Positions 41,312 through 51,749 of a stretch of 64,000 nt of DNA are shown here, piece by piece; position 1 is the first letter of the stretch, and each line of letters starts with the position of its first letter. Position numbers and translations under genes: made by a program. Location: NCBI GenBank assembly GCA_965215185.1, contig OZ244034.1, forward strand, positions 3,057,535 to 3,121,534. Reading direction: 5' to 3'. The notes beneath the pieces were generated by a model, which saw nothing but the letters and a program-made list of their open reading frames with translations, ran no database searches and was not told where the DNA came from. This DNA comes from Acidimicrobiia bacterium (GTDB lineage Bacteria > Actinomycetota > Acidimicrobiia > Spongiisociales > ZC4RG35).

Positions 41312-43096
41312 TTATGGGGGTGCGCGGGTGGGTGTGGACTGGCCTGGGCGTTGGGTTGGTGAGGCTGCGGTGGTGTCGGGGGTTGCCTGGTCGGCGCGGG
41401 CTGGGGTGCTTGGGTTGTCCTTCTCGGGGTTTTGGGTTCTTCCGGTTTGTTCGAGGTTGTGGATGACGGCGGCGGCGAGAGCGGCGAGTGTGTGGGGGGC
41501 GAGGCCGAACGCGCGGCAGGAGTCCTTCTCGAAGCTGCCGTCGTCTTTGATCATGCCGTTGACGCCTTCGACGGGGTTGCGGCCGGCGTAGTCGGTTGCC
41601 CATTTGGTGGTGCCGTAGGCGTTGCGTTGGTGGTTGTCGAGTTGGTCGACACCGATGGTGATCATGCCGTCGCAGCAGTATTTGGTGTCGGCGACGGCGG
41701 TGACGGGCAGGGGGGTGCGGCGTTTGCCGCGGTTGGCCCGGTTGCTGCGGGTTCGGGCTGTGCTTTTGACTTTGCCTGCGCATTGGGGGCACATGATCTT
41801 CTTCCGCCCGTTGGGGAAGTGTTCGATGACTACCCATTGGTATTTGGCTCGTTCGTCGAACCATTTTTGGCGGTCGGTTCCGGTCAGCCCGTCGAGTGGG
41901 CGGAGTAGGTGTTCTGGTGTCCATTCGACGAGGATGGTGCCGCAGTTCACAAGGAGGGGGGTGTTGTCTCCGCCTGCGGTGATGAGCTTGATGCCTTCCT
42001 GTCTGTCTTTGGCCTGGTTCATTACGATGTCCCAGCCGTGTTCATGTAGGGGCCGGACGAAGGTCGTTTTCTTCGCGGTGTAGTGCTGGTCGGCTTTCAC
42101 GACTTTGACGCTGGGTGCTAGCTGTTTCGCTTTGGTGGCTACCTCATATCCGATGGGTCCGACGTGTTGGTCGGCGGCTGCGAGGACCATGGCGACGATG
42201 TACGGGGGGACAGGCTGCTGCCATTTGCCCCGGATGAAGGCGCGTATTGCGACGGCTAGATGAGCGAAGTAGCCGTTGAACGCCCCGGCTGGGTGTTTCG
42301 ACGTTGCGCTGCGGCGGCCGGTGCCGTCTTCGTCGTCCTTGGTGCGTTGGATCTTGCCGTTGGGTTTGAGGATGGTTCCTAGGGGTATGCGGCCGGCGTT
42401 GATCTCTGACTGGGGTGTGAAGTCGGTGGTGCGTGCCCAGGTTTGGTAGTCGGTGGCGTCGAGGGCGATCTCGGTGACGTTGCGGATGGCCCGTTTGGGA
42501 ATCGACGGCGCGAGGAAGCGGTCGACCATCCATTGCTGTTCGATATGGATACCGCTGGGGGTGGTCGCTTCCTTCGTCAGGAAGCGTTCGATGCGTTGGG
42601 CCTGACGCCAGACCATGTTGTAGGACAGCAGCGAGTCGCCGCTGTCGGGATCCAGCAGACCCCATTTAATAGCGACCGCGGCGTCGAGGCCCGAGAGGAC
42701 TTCGCACAACACGGTCCGCTTGTAGCTGCCTTGGTGCTGGGCGGCGAGGAGTATGGCTGTGAGGATCATCCGGGTAGATAGCACGGGCTGTTCCCCCGGA
42801 TGGGCACGCAGCACTTCGTCTATGCGCTTGCAGACTCCGGTGTTGCCCGCGTACTGATACATGCGCCGGGCGTCGGCCTCGTTCGTGAGTATCGGTCCCC
42901 GGCGGCGGAGTCCCTCCTCGGCGGTATCCCCCCAGATGTGGGCACCCGACCGACCTGTTTCGTGGTCGTCGGCGCTGGGATGGTCTCTGGGCAGCATCCG
43001 CTGAGCGTTCAGCTCGTACAGGCGGGCAGGGTCCGGCAGGCCCCGGGCGGCGCAACGATCGCGGCGGCGGCGGGCAGCACGGGCCGGGCTGCTCAC
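41312..43096 (-). CDS. DDE transposase copy 3 (594 aa, intact)
   Basis: Close paralog of 26798-28588; IALDATD, VKADQHY, YAGRNPVE. Confidence 0.85.
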   Translation of the reverse strand: MSSPARAARRRRDRCAARGLPDPARLYELNAQRMLPRDHPSADDHETGRSGAHIWGDTAEEGLRRRGPILTNEADARRMYQYAGNTGVCKRIDEVLRAHPGEQPVLSTRMILTAILLAAQHQGSYKRTVLCEVLSGLDAAVAIKWGLLDPDSGDSLLSYNMVWRQAQRIERFLTKEATTPSGIHIEQQWMVDRFLAPSIPKRAIRNVTEIALDATDYQTWARTTDFTPQSEINAGRIPLGTILKPNGKIQRTKDDEDGTGRRSATSKHPAGAFNGYFAHLAVAIRAFIRGKWQQPVPPYIVAMVLAAADQHVGPIGYEVATKAKQLAPSVKVVKADQHYTAKKTTFVRPLHEHGWDIVMNQAKDRQEGIKLITAGGDNTPLLVNCGTILVEWTPEHLLRPLDGLTGTDRQKWFDERAKYQWVVIEHFPNGRKKIMCPQCAGKVKSTARTRSNRANRGKRRTPLPVTAVADTKYCCDGMITIGVDQLDNHQRNAYGTTKWATDYAGRNPVEGVNGMIKDDGSFEKDSCRAFGLAPHTLAALAAAVIHNLEQTGRTQNPEKDNPSTPARADQATPDTTAASPTQRPGQSTPTRAPP

Positions 43097-43758
43097 GCTC
43101 TCAACCCTTCGAGGGCGGCTTCTACCGGGTCGCGACCGGTAGCAGAGGCGGCCAGCAGCGCGGTGAGGGTGTCACCCGACAGCGGACCGGCGATCCGGCG
43201 GAGCGCGGACAGGGGAGTGGCGGCGTGTAGGTGGGCGACCAGCCAGGTGGAACGGGCACGCCGCACTGAAAGGGTACGGCCACTGATCCCGACCTGGCGG
43301 CACAACATGTACACCGCTGTGCGATGCGTGGCCCGAACGAAGCGACCGGTACCTACTAACCCTGCGGCTTCGGTGACCAGGGGGCTGTAGTCGGCTCGGA
43401 TGGGGACCACACGCGGATGCCTGCCCCCGACCCGTATACCGAGCCGGTCGTTTCCGAGGTTGACCAGATCGCCGGGCTCGGCTGCTGCGACCGCCGGGCT
43501 AAGCAGACCAGCCCCGAGGGTGGCGGCGACCACCCACCGTCGGCCTGCGGGCTCCGCCCGGGCCGGCAGGCAAGCCGACAGTCGGAACGCTGCTTCGTCT
43601 CCCGGCCCATACGGGCCGGACGGGGGTCTGCGCCCGATCGGTTCCCCAACAGGGGCCTTGGCCCAGCCGTCCGCGAACACAGCCCGCCCCACCCGGCGTA
43701 GAAGCCACCTCGTGTGGCGGCGCCACACCAGACTCCTATGAGCGTTCGCTTCTAAAGC
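43093..43758 (-). pseudogene. Recombinase-fold protein copy 3, 5' end removed at the ISL3 boundary
   Basis: Homology to copy 1 runs up to 43758, where the ISL3 IRL starts. Confidence 0.82.
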
Positions 43759-43881
43759 GGCTCTTCGGAAATGAGGGGGGAGTAGGGGGTCGGCTAGGTG
43801 GTGCCGTAATCCACCAGAAGTGATGGGGGGTCCTCCATAATCGGATGGTTGGTAACAGACATCCGAGGCAGGAGGACCCCT

Positions 43882-45185
43882 GTGGAAGCTGATCCTACGC
43901 GCATGTGCGAGAAGTTGGTAGGCCTGGGCGAGGTTGATCTGGTCGGGATCAACGACTTGGGCGAGGAGGCACCTTTGGAGGTGGTGATCGGGTCCCGCAA
44001 GGCCCGGCCGGTGTGTGAGGGCTGTGGCGGCCCTGTGTGGTCGAAAGGCTATCGGAGTGTGGTGTTGGTGGATTTACCGGCGTTCGGACGGCCTGTGCGG
44101 CTGCGGTGGAGGAAACGGCGCTGGACGTGTCCGAACTCGGGGTGTGAGATCAGGTCGTTCATCGAACAAGACCCCAAGATTGGTCCCGAACGGGCGTTGT
44201 TGACATCGAGAGCGGCTCGGTGGGTGACCATCGGGGTGGGTGGGCGGGGCCGTTCGGTCGACGAGGTCGCCGCGGAGTTGGGTTGTGATTGGCATACGGT
44301 GAACAACGAGGTCGTCCGTTGGGGCGAAGCGCTGCTGGGGGCCGACACCGATCGGATAGGCGAGGTCGGAGCTGTGGGCATCGACAAGAAGCGTTGTTGG
44401 GGCGGAAAGGCCGGTGGCGCACCAAGGTTTGGTGCACTTCTGTCGTCGATGTGGGAGGCCACCAGCCGGTTCGACATAGTCGGTGGTAGAACGGCTGATA
44501 GCGCGGTGTCGTGGTTCCGATCCCAGCCCCCCGAGTGGCTCGACGGGATCCGCTGGGCGGTGTCGGGTCATGTCAGGGCCTTATCGGAAGGCGTACGACC
44601 GGGTGTTGCCGAACGCTGTGCAGGTAGCGGACCCGTTCGGTGTCATCCGCTTGGCCAACCAGCGTCTCGACGACCTACGACGAAGAGTCCAAAACGAAAC
44701 CCTCGGGCATCGAGGACGCAAGGATGACCCGCTGTATCGGATACGGCGGCTCCTCACCGCCGCTTCCGAGAGGATCAGCGACCGCGGTCAAACACGGCTG
44801 CGTGGTCTCCTCGACGCTGGTGACCCCCACAGCGAAGTCCGCACCGCCTGGCACGCGAAGGAAACGGTCCGAGGCATCTACGGGGTCGACAGTCCCGCCC
44901 TCGCTCTCCGATACACCGTCGGGCTCGCGGACGACCTCCAGGACGAATCCTGCCCACCCGAGATCAACAAGTTGGGTCGTACCATCGCCCGCTGGACCCC
45001 CCAGATCACCAACTGGCACATCTCGAAGGTAACCAACAGATGCCACCGAAGCCCTCAACAACCTCATCAAGCGGATCAAACGAGCAGCGTTCGGGTTACC
45101 CAACTTCGCGAACTACCGAATCCGGGCACTTCTCTACGCGGGGAAACCCAACTGGGACCTCCTGGCCACCGTCACTCCCCACTGA
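43882..45185 (+). pseudogene. ISL3 transposase with several frameshifts
   Basis: CEGCG, DLPAFGRPVRLRWRKRRWTCP, VGID, QVADPF, HRGRKDDPLY, EALNNLIKRIKRAAFG spread over several frames. Confidence 0.88.
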
Positions 45186-45199
45186 AATCCACTCATACT

Positions 45200-45410
45200 T
45201 GGAGGGTTCCTGGGCTGGGACGGGTCTGACCCAACTGAAATCTGGCCTTGTGCCTTTTCATCGATCTGTCGGCCCGTTCCCGGCCTGGGGCGTGACCCCG
45301 TGACCCGGGGCGGATGTGACCTAATAGGAGCCTTCAACTTCTCCACCGTGAGTGGCCTGTCCAACCGCACACGGGTCCGGGATCAGGAAGTGAGTCTATC
45401 CCCTAGAGGA
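45200..45410 (+). ncRNA. Putative IS110 bridge RNA
   Basis: Left non-coding end carries target guides (45234-45242, 45258-45265) and donor guides (45324-45331, 45349-45355); transcript ends are approximate. Confidence 0.75.
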
Positions 45411-45420
45411 GAAGAGCATC

Positions 45421-46650
45421 ATGGGAGAAGCAGACCAGATTATCTACGGTGGGGTTGACACCCATCGGGACGTCCACGTAGCAGCGGTGGTGGATGGCGT
45501 CGGGCGGGTACTGGGATCGGAGTCTTTCGCGGTGGAGGAATCCGGTTATCGGCGAATGGTCACCTGGTTCGAGTCGCGGGGACAGTTGGTTCGGGTTGGG
45601 GTGGAAGGAACGGGTAGTTACGGCGCCGGCCTGGCCCGTTACCTGACCGAGATGAACATCGAGGTGGTGGAGGTCAACCGCCCCAACCGCCAACTACGCC
45701 GCCAGAAGGGCGGCAAGACCGACAGCGTCGACGCCGAGGCGGCAGCTCGGGCAGCTGCCTCGGGCGAAGCAACCGCGGTTCCCAAGTCCGGTGTGGGCCC
45801 GGTCGAGTGCATACGGATGCTGTGGGTGGTGCGCCGCTCCGCGGTCAAGGCCCGCACCCAGGCCGCTAACCAGATACATGCGCTGGTCGTAACAGCTCCC
45901 GAGCCGCTAAAACACCAGCTAAAGGGCATGAATCTCAAAGCACGGGTCAAAACCTGTGCCCGGTTCCGACCCGGCACAGACCACACCACCACCGCGTATG
46001 CGAAGCGTGCCCTACAGCATTTGGCCCGCCGGTATCAGGCTCTCGACGTAGAGATCGCCCAACTCGAAGCCGAGATCCGGCGTCTCTGCGCCCAGGCCAA
46101 CCCGGCCCTGCTGGCCACAGAAGGTGTCGGTCCTGACACAGCCGCCGCGTTGTTGGTCGCCGCCGGCGACAACCCCAAGCGAATGAAATCGGAACGGTCT
46201 TTCGCGGCGCTGTGCGGCGCCAGCCCCGTCCAGGCGTCATCAGGACGAACCCTTCGGCATCGTCTCAACCGGGGCGGCAACCGCCAAGCCAACAACGCGC
46301 TATGGCGGATCGCTACCACCCGGATGCGCACCGACGCCGCCACCAAAGCCTACGTGGCACGACGCAAGGCCGAGGGCAAGAAGAAAAAGGAGATCATCCG
46401 CTGCCTCAAGCGGCACATCGCCCGAGAAATCTACCGGCTCCTCACCAACCCGCACCCAACCCCGAACTGCGCCCGCCTACGCACCCGACGCCAACAACGC
46501 GGCATCACCCTCACCCAGACCGCCCAAGCCGTCGGAACCCACCCCAATCGCATCTCAGCACTCGAACACGGCCGAGACCACAACCACCACCTCGCCACCC
46601 GATACCAGAACTGGCTGCACACCCACCAAACCGCCCCATCATCGATTTGA
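45421..46650 (+). CDS. IS110 DEDD recombinase with C-terminal XRE-like HTH
   Basis: GVDTH, VGVEGTGSYG, KTDSVDA, ASSG, RGGNRQAN; tail ITLTQTAQAVGTHPNRISALEHG. Confidence 0.95.
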   Translation: MGEADQIIYGGVDTHRDVHVAAVVDGVGRVLGSESFAVEESGYRRMVTWFESRGQLVRVGVEGTGSYGAGLARYLTEMNIEVVEVNRPNRQLRRQKGGKTDSVDAEAAARAAASGEATAVPKSGVGPVECIRMLWVVRRSAVKARTQAANQIHALVVTAPEPLKHQLKGMNLKARVKTCARFRPGTDHTTTAYAKRALQHLARRYQALDVEIAQLEAEIRRLCAQANPALLATEGVGPDTAAALLVAAGDNPKRMKSERSFAALCGASPVQASSGRTLRHRLNRGGNRQANNALWRIATTRMRTDAATKAYVARRKAEGKKKKEIIRCLKRHIAREIYRLLTNPHPTPNCARLRTRRQQRGITLTQTAQAVGTHPNRISALEHGRDHNHHLATRYQNWLHTHQTAPSSI

Positions 46651-46674
46651 CAACCATAGGAGCATCGATGAGCC

Positions 46675-47092
46675 GCATTACTCTGGACATGTCTTCCATC
46701 GGGCTGAGGCCGTCGGTCCTTAACCTGGCTTGTATGTTCACAGGCATTATGGCTGTCACTTCTAAACCAACCTTGATACCGGACGTCGTGCTTATAAAGT
46801 CTGGACCTGATCCTCGTGTGTTGTCATAGAACTTCGTATCAAGTATCCGTTCGGCTTGTTGACGGGCAGTAGCCTCGGCCCACCTACTCAGCTTTCTTTT
46901 CGCCGACTCATGGCCCTTTCCATCAAACACAGCATTCTGGATGGCCATTATCCGCCAAGGGCCATCATGGCACTCACGACAGAGGAGGGTCATTAGGTCG
47001 TAGATGCCAAACCGCTTAGGGGTCTGGATCTCTTTACCACACTGTGAGCACCTACTCCAGCGATAGCCCGTGGCACGGGTTTCAGTCCTCAT
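46675..47092 (-). pseudogene. Zn-ribbon plus putative PD-(D/E)xK protein, truncated at the ISL3 end
   Basis: CSQC...CREC, then GPDF...VGLEVT. Confidence 0.5.
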
Positions 47093-47198
47093 AGACGCTC
47101 ACCCGTCTTCGGTCCTTCCGTGCCGCTGCGGGATGTGGAACCCCGGTCTCTAGATTTTGAGGGCCTGGGCAGCTATCAGCCATCGGGCACCGGCCCAC

Positions 47199-47750
47199 CT
47201 ATGTATATGGCCTGATCTGAGCTGCCTTCTCGGCCACGCTGAGCCACCCGTTTGGCGTTCGGGGTATGCGTGGAAGCTGACCGCGCTCGATTCGTCGTCG
47301 GTTGACAAACAGCCACGCCATCAAAATAGGCACGACGACAGCTTCGACGAACCAGATAACAGCCGGCACCAGCAGGACTATGACCGCAGCGACTGCCACT
47401 ACAACGATGCTGACATAGCGGGCCGTCGTCACCATCCTATCGGGAATGGGAACCCCCAGCCGGTTGCCTACTGATATCAGGGCATACCCAAGCAGGATCA
47501 GCGCGAGCGGTACAGCGCCTTGATACCATGGGTCGAAGTAGGCAGTAGTCGACGACCAGCCACGGTCGGAGAAGAATAGCCACCTAACCGTTTGGACGCA
47601 CCCGACGATCGTCAACACGAGGTAACTAGCCACCCATGGCGTCGGTTTGCCACCGCTATCGGGGTTCCATCGGTTGTAGCCCGACCCGGGCAAGTCGGTT
47701 GGGCGACCCGGCTCGGCTTCGGGCCTCTCAGATTCTCGGAGTAATTCCAT
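47199..47750 (-). CDS. Membrane protein (about 4 TM)
   Basis: Hydrophobic segments from MELLRES onward. Confidence 0.55.
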   Translation of the reverse strand: MELLRESERPEAEPGRPTDLPGSGYNRWNPDSGGKPTPWVASYLVLTIVGCVQTVRWLFFSDRGWSSTTAYFDPWYQGAVPLALILLGYALISVGNRLGVPIPDRMVTTARYVSIVVVAVAAVIVLLVPAVIWFVEAVVVPILMAWLFVNRRRIERGQLPRIPRTPNGWLSVAEKAAQIRPYT

Positions 47751-47835
47751 GGGTGGGATTCTAGCTCTGTGGGGAGACAAGACCGCATGGTCGGTGGCCT
47801 TACGAACTGGGAGCAGGCACCTGGGGTACGGGCGT

Positions 47836-47908
47836 ATTGGCGGCTGTCTCGGCGACTGAGAAGAGGTGACAGATTCCGGCTGAGGAGGAGACAGACTCGC
47901 GGGACCCT
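47836..47908. repeat. Partial right-end subterminal arm of the tandem element (no TIR)
   Basis: GAGAAGAGGTGACAGATTCCGGCTGAGGAGGAGACAGACTC...GGGACCC, as in units 1, 2, 5 and 8. Confidence 0.75.
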
Positions 47909-48080
47909 TGTTGAGTGGCTCTGATGTGTGAGTATCGGGGCTCGTTGCTCGCCGCGGCGGGCAGGGCTCCAACGCCCTCCTGGGGCCTATGCTCAAACCC
48001 TCAACCCGGACAACCACCCCTAGATTCTGCAGAGGGGGGACTCCAATAGGCGATAAGAAGGTTAGCGAGGCTATCTGCAA

Positions 48081-49133
48081 ATGTCTGTATCCGCAACGTC
48101 GCGTACCGTCTGTCCGGTAGTGGAGCTGACCGTCCGCGACCATCCTGACGCCGACCGTCTCGAAATAGCCGGCCACGGCGGCTATCAGATGGTCGTCGGG
48201 AAAGGTGTTTGGTCAACCGGCGACCGGGCCGTTTACGTGCCCGAAGCGTCCGTTCTGCCGGGCAGTCTCATCGAAGAGATGGGCCTGACGGGCAGGCTCG
48301 CCGGTAAAGGCAGGGACCGTGTCAAAGTGGTTCGGCTGCGGGGAGTGGTGTCGCAAGGGCTTGTAGTACCGCTCGGGTCGCCGCACCTTCCCACGTTCCG
48401 GAACCCGCCGGAGCTGGGAGACGACCTGGCGGAGGCGTTGGGGATCGTCAAATGGGAACCTCCGATCCCGCCGCGGATGGACGGCGTCGCCGAACCTTGT
48501 TCGTGGCCGTCAGGGTTCGACGTCGATTCGTGGCAGAAACATCCGGACCTGTTCGCGCTGGGGGAGCGGGTGCAGGTCACCGAGAAGCTTCACGGCACGT
48601 TCTGCCTGCTCGGATACGACCCCTATCAGGGTTCGGTGGCGGCGTCGAAACGGATGGCTGGCAAAGCCCGGTTCGTGCCCGACGCCGAAGAGAACGCCGG
48701 CAACCTGTATGTGCGGGCGTGGCGTGAACACGCCGACCGTATCGTCGGATGGGCAGAAACGCATGGGCGGAGGCTTCAACTGCTCGGCGAAATCGTCGGC
48801 CCGAAAGTGCAGGACCTCACCTACGGGCAGCAGCGTCCGACGTTCATGGCATTCGACGCCAAAGTCGGCTACGGCACGCTCAACCCGGAACAGACGCAGA
48901 CGCTGCTAGCCGACCTGGGTGTTCCGTCGGTGCCTGTCGTGGAGGGCAGCGTCCCGTTCGATCATGACCTGATGCTGCGGCTGGCAGCGGCGCCGTCAGG
49001 CTTCGGCGGCCTCCGCGAAGGGGTGGTGGTCCGTCCGGTCGAGTACCGCACCGCCAGCGGCGCGGGTCGGGTAATCGTCAAATATGTGAACCCGGCGTAT
49101 CTGCTGCGACGTGGCGGCACCGAACACAACTAG
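48081..49133 (+). CDS. ATP-dependent RNA ligase, DRB0094 family
   Basis: HPDADRLE, VKVVRLRGVVSQG, motif I TEKLHGT, GEIVG, FDAK, REGVVVR, IVKYVN. Confidence 0.9.
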   Translation: MSVSATSRTVCPVVELTVRDHPDADRLEIAGHGGYQMVVGKGVWSTGDRAVYVPEASVLPGSLIEEMGLTGRLAGKGRDRVKVVRLRGVVSQGLVVPLGSPHLPTFRNPPELGDDLAEALGIVKWEPPIPPRMDGVAEPCSWPSGFDVDSWQKHPDLFALGERVQVTEKLHGTFCLLGYDPYQGSVAASKRMAGKARFVPDAEENAGNLYVRAWREHADRIVGWAETHGRRLQLLGEIVGPKVQDLTYGQQRPTFMAFDAKVGYGTLNPEQTQTLLADLGVPSVPVVEGSVPFDHDLMLRLAAAPSGFGGLREGVVVRPVEYRTASGAGRVIVKYVNPAYLLRRGGTEHN

Positions 49134-49189
49134 AGAGGGCACCGGGTGGTAGGGGTCCGGTGGGCTTGTGTCGTTTCCAGCGGATGAAG

Positions 49190-49375
49190 GCGGGTATCGC
49201 CGGTTGGTCGCCTGGATGGAATCTGCGGGCCGGCTGGTCCGGGTCGGGGTGGAAGGAACCGGTAGCTACGGCGCGGGGTTGGCCCGGCATCTTGCCGAGG
49301 CCAACTACGCCGCCAGAAGGGCGGGAAGACCGACAGCGTAGACGCCGAGGCGGCAGCTCGGGCGGCTGCCTCCCC
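49190..49375 (+). pseudogene. IS110 recombinase remnant
   Basis: Near-copy of 45590-45760 (VRVGVEGTGSYGAGLAR, RQKGGKTDSVDAEAAAR) with an internal deletion. Confidence 0.8.
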
Positions 49376-49961
49376 TGACTGAATCCAAAGTCGCTGGTCA
49401 GGGATGGTCGCGTGGGGTGGCGCGGCGGGACCGCTAGGTCTAGGTCTACGAAGGTCGGTGACGGGTTACCGTCGCGGGAGGGATCGCAAGCGACATGCAA
49501 CGCTTGTGGCTGGCAGTCAGATACAGCGTCCTGGGAGGAAGCTGTCGAGGCGCTTGAGGAGCACGGACCTTGTGTGGGTCAGAACAATCGTCCGTCAACT
49601 GACCGCGGGGCCATAACCCCCCGGCGATAGCGGTGCCCTATTCACTGGCCCGGCTAAGCCGTTCGATTCGCAGTCAGTGCGAGGAGGAGACAGATTCCGG
49701 CTGAGGAGGAGACAGACTCCCGGGACCCCTACCATCACCCCTGGTCAGGGGTGGTCGCGAAGACCCCACGCAGGGGTCTTCGCGTGTTGTGGGGTGCTGA
49801 GTTCGCGGGTTAGGGGTGTTGGCGGGGGTCCTGGCCTGTTTCAGGGGTGTTCGGGTGTGTTTGGCCGGGGCGTGGGAGAGTGTGAGTCAGAACGATAACC
49901 CCACCCCAGACGGCTAATGTGGGCCGCCCTGCTGCGGATGACCGGGAGAAGTGTGGGCGAT

Positions 49962-50294
49962 ATGGAACTCGCTATATGGATTACATCAGGAGCCACCACG
50001 CTCACAGCGGTCGGAGTGCTGTATCAGATGTGGTCCAACGCTGCACGGAGAGTAGTGCCTGGGTATCAGACGCTCCGTGCGTCATATCGTTCTGAAGAGA
50101 ACAACCATTGGGTACGTGGCAGACTGTCTGACGGCGAATTGGTCGCTGGGAAGGTAGTCGGGCTTACTCGTGTCACCTGTCGGATAGCCCATCCCACAGT
50201 CTCCACAAAGGAATACCTGATAACAGCTTTCGTCGACTGGGAAACGTTGATCCGGAGCTCAGGCGAGTTCCCGGACTGGGAACCCTGTGGGTAG
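49962..50294 (+). CDS. Hypothetical protein with N-terminal TM segment
   Basis: 110-aa ORF; no recognised motif. Confidence 0.45.
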   Translation: MELAIWITSGATTLTAVGVLYQMWSNAARRVVPGYQTLRASYRSEENNHWVRGRLSDGELVAGKVVGLTRVTCRIAHPTVSTKEYLITAFVDWETLIRSSGEFPDWEPCG

Positions 50295-50449
50295 ACAGCG
50301 ATCAACTAGTTTCTCGGAATCGGGAGAGACAAGGACTTCCCTGAGACCTTTCCGATCACTGAGTAACCCGCCGGGCCACTTTCCTGACCACCCACGGTCC
50401 CCAGGCTGTGTGATCCACGCGACAACTAAGAGCGTGCCGCTAGAGAGCC

Positions 50450-50629
50450 CTAGATGTTCAATTCCAGACCCAGGGTCTCCCAGAAGAAGGCTTTGATACC
50501 CCAGCGCAGGACGTTCGTTCCCCACTCGACAAGTAGCCCCAACATCGGCGTGGCGAGAACCAGAAGGCAAACGGCGACGCCCAGCATCCATTGACTAAGC
50601 GGGTGTCGGAGGACTCCAGGTACTCTCAT
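50450..50629 (-). CDS. Small hydrophobic protein (59 aa)
   Basis: Manual translation MRVPGVLRHPLSQWMLGVAVCLLVLATPMLGLLVEW... Confidence 0.3.
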   Translation of the reverse strand: MRVPGVLRHPLSQWMLGVAVCLLVLATPMLGLLVEWGTNVLRWGIKAFFWETLGLELNI

Positions 50630-50654
50630 AAGTGTAATTCTAGCCCGATCATCA

Positions 50655-50909
50655 TCACCTGACCAGGAGTGGTGGCGATGTGGGCGGGGACGGCGGCCAG
50701 CCCGTCGCAGGCCGATCTGTTACAAGCCTGGATACGACCGAACGGTCGACGATCTGCCGGAACCCCTGGTCCATGCGCTGCTCTAACCCGGCGACATCGC
50801 CCTTCAACCCGGCGATGTCCGCGCTGAGCCGGGATTCCATAGCGGTCATCGCCGACTCGGTCATCGACGCGTAGTCCCTAACATCCATAACCCGAACCAT
50901 ACCCCCCAC
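50655..50909 (-). CDS. Small coiled-coil hypothetical protein
   Basis: MESRLSADIAGLKGDVAGLEQRMD heptads. Confidence 0.4.
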   Translation of the reverse strand: MGGMVRVMDVRDYASMTESAMTAMESRLSADIAGLKGDVAGLEQRMDQGFRQIVDRSVVSRLVTDRPATGWPPSPPTSPPLLVR

Positions 50910-51164
50910 CCCCGACCAGGCACTTGGGGGTACGGGCGCATTGGCGGCTGAGAAGAGGTGACAGATGCCGGCTGAGGAGGTGACAGACTCGTGGGACCCC
51001 TACCATTACCCCTGGTCGGGGGTGGTCGCGAAGGTTGTCCCAGAGTCCACCGGCCTCAACCCCGGAGCATGTTCTTTCAGGTCCACATTTCCCCCTCGCT
51101 GTGATCGAGGTCTACCTGCCCATGTCAGCCCCTGGAAGCAAGGGAGACAGTTATCCTATGTCGC

Positions 51165-51749
51165 ATGAGCGGATCATGGATATACGACACCACGGTGGTG
51201 GGGGTGGAGCCTTTAGGCGAGTTGTGCCTACGGGTTCGCTTCCGGGACGGGACAGAGGGCCAAGTCGAGTCCCCGTATGGTAAGTGGGACTACCCAGGTG
51301 GATTCTCGGCTGTGCGGATTCATCAAGGCGGAGTGGCCTGGGGAAGTGGGCACGAACTTCTAGACATCTCGGGCACATGGTTGTACCAGCAGGTAACCGG
51401 ACTGTCCGACATGGCCCTCGCCCCAGAACAGCACGCCACACGGGTTGTCGATGTCCAGCCTCGTGACAAGTATTGCGTGTGGGTTCGCTTCCGGGACGGG
51501 ACAGAGGGCATTGCAGACCTGGGCGACCTAGCCGGTAAGGGTGTGTTCAAGCAGTGGGACCACCCTGATGTCTGGGGATCAGTGCGAATTGAGGACGACA
51601 CCCTGGCATGGGGTTCTAGCGACCCAGCAGAGAGGCTGGACATAAGTAGGGGGTCGCTGTATATCAGGGTGACGGGACTGACCTGGGACGACCTGTCATC
51701 CTCTTCTTTCGCCCTTAGCTCAGCCAAGCGATTGAGCGTCAGTGCCTGA
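51165..51749 (+). CDS. Tandem DUF2442-domain antitoxin
   Basis: Two repeats of VRFRDGTEG...VRI...AWG...LDIS...LY. Confidence 0.85.
   Translation: MSGSWIYDTTVVGVEPLGELCLRVRFRDGTEGQVESPYGKWDYPGGFSAVRIHQGGVAWGSGHELLDISGTWLYQQVTGLSDMALAPEQHATRVVDVQPRDKYCVWVRFRDGTEGIADLGDLAGKGVFKQWDHPDVWGSVRIEDDTLAWGSSDPAERLDISRGSLYIRVTGLTWDDLSSSSFALSSAKRLSVSA

Larger units (their letters stand above)
45190..46666 (+). mobile_element. IS110-family element
   Basis: No TIRs; ATC core at both junctions; TTGACA near the right end and CATACT near the left end. Confidence 0.9.
43759..46674 (+). mobile_element. ISL3-family insertion sequence, right IR split by IS110
   Basis: IRL GGCTCTTCGGAAAT at 43759; IRR = ACTGAAATC (45181-45189) joined to GATGAGCC (46667-46674). 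Confidence 0.85.
41101..49767. mobile_element. Unit 5 (possibly a fusion of two units; contains ISL3 and IS110)
   Basis: TIRs 41101-41112 and 49756-49767; internal partial right end at 47836-47908. Confidence 0.8.

Noticed and set aside
36960-43096. CRISPR-associated transposon (CAST)
   Set aside because: No TnsB/TnsC/TniQ or cas genes, and no spacer visibly matches the tRNA target
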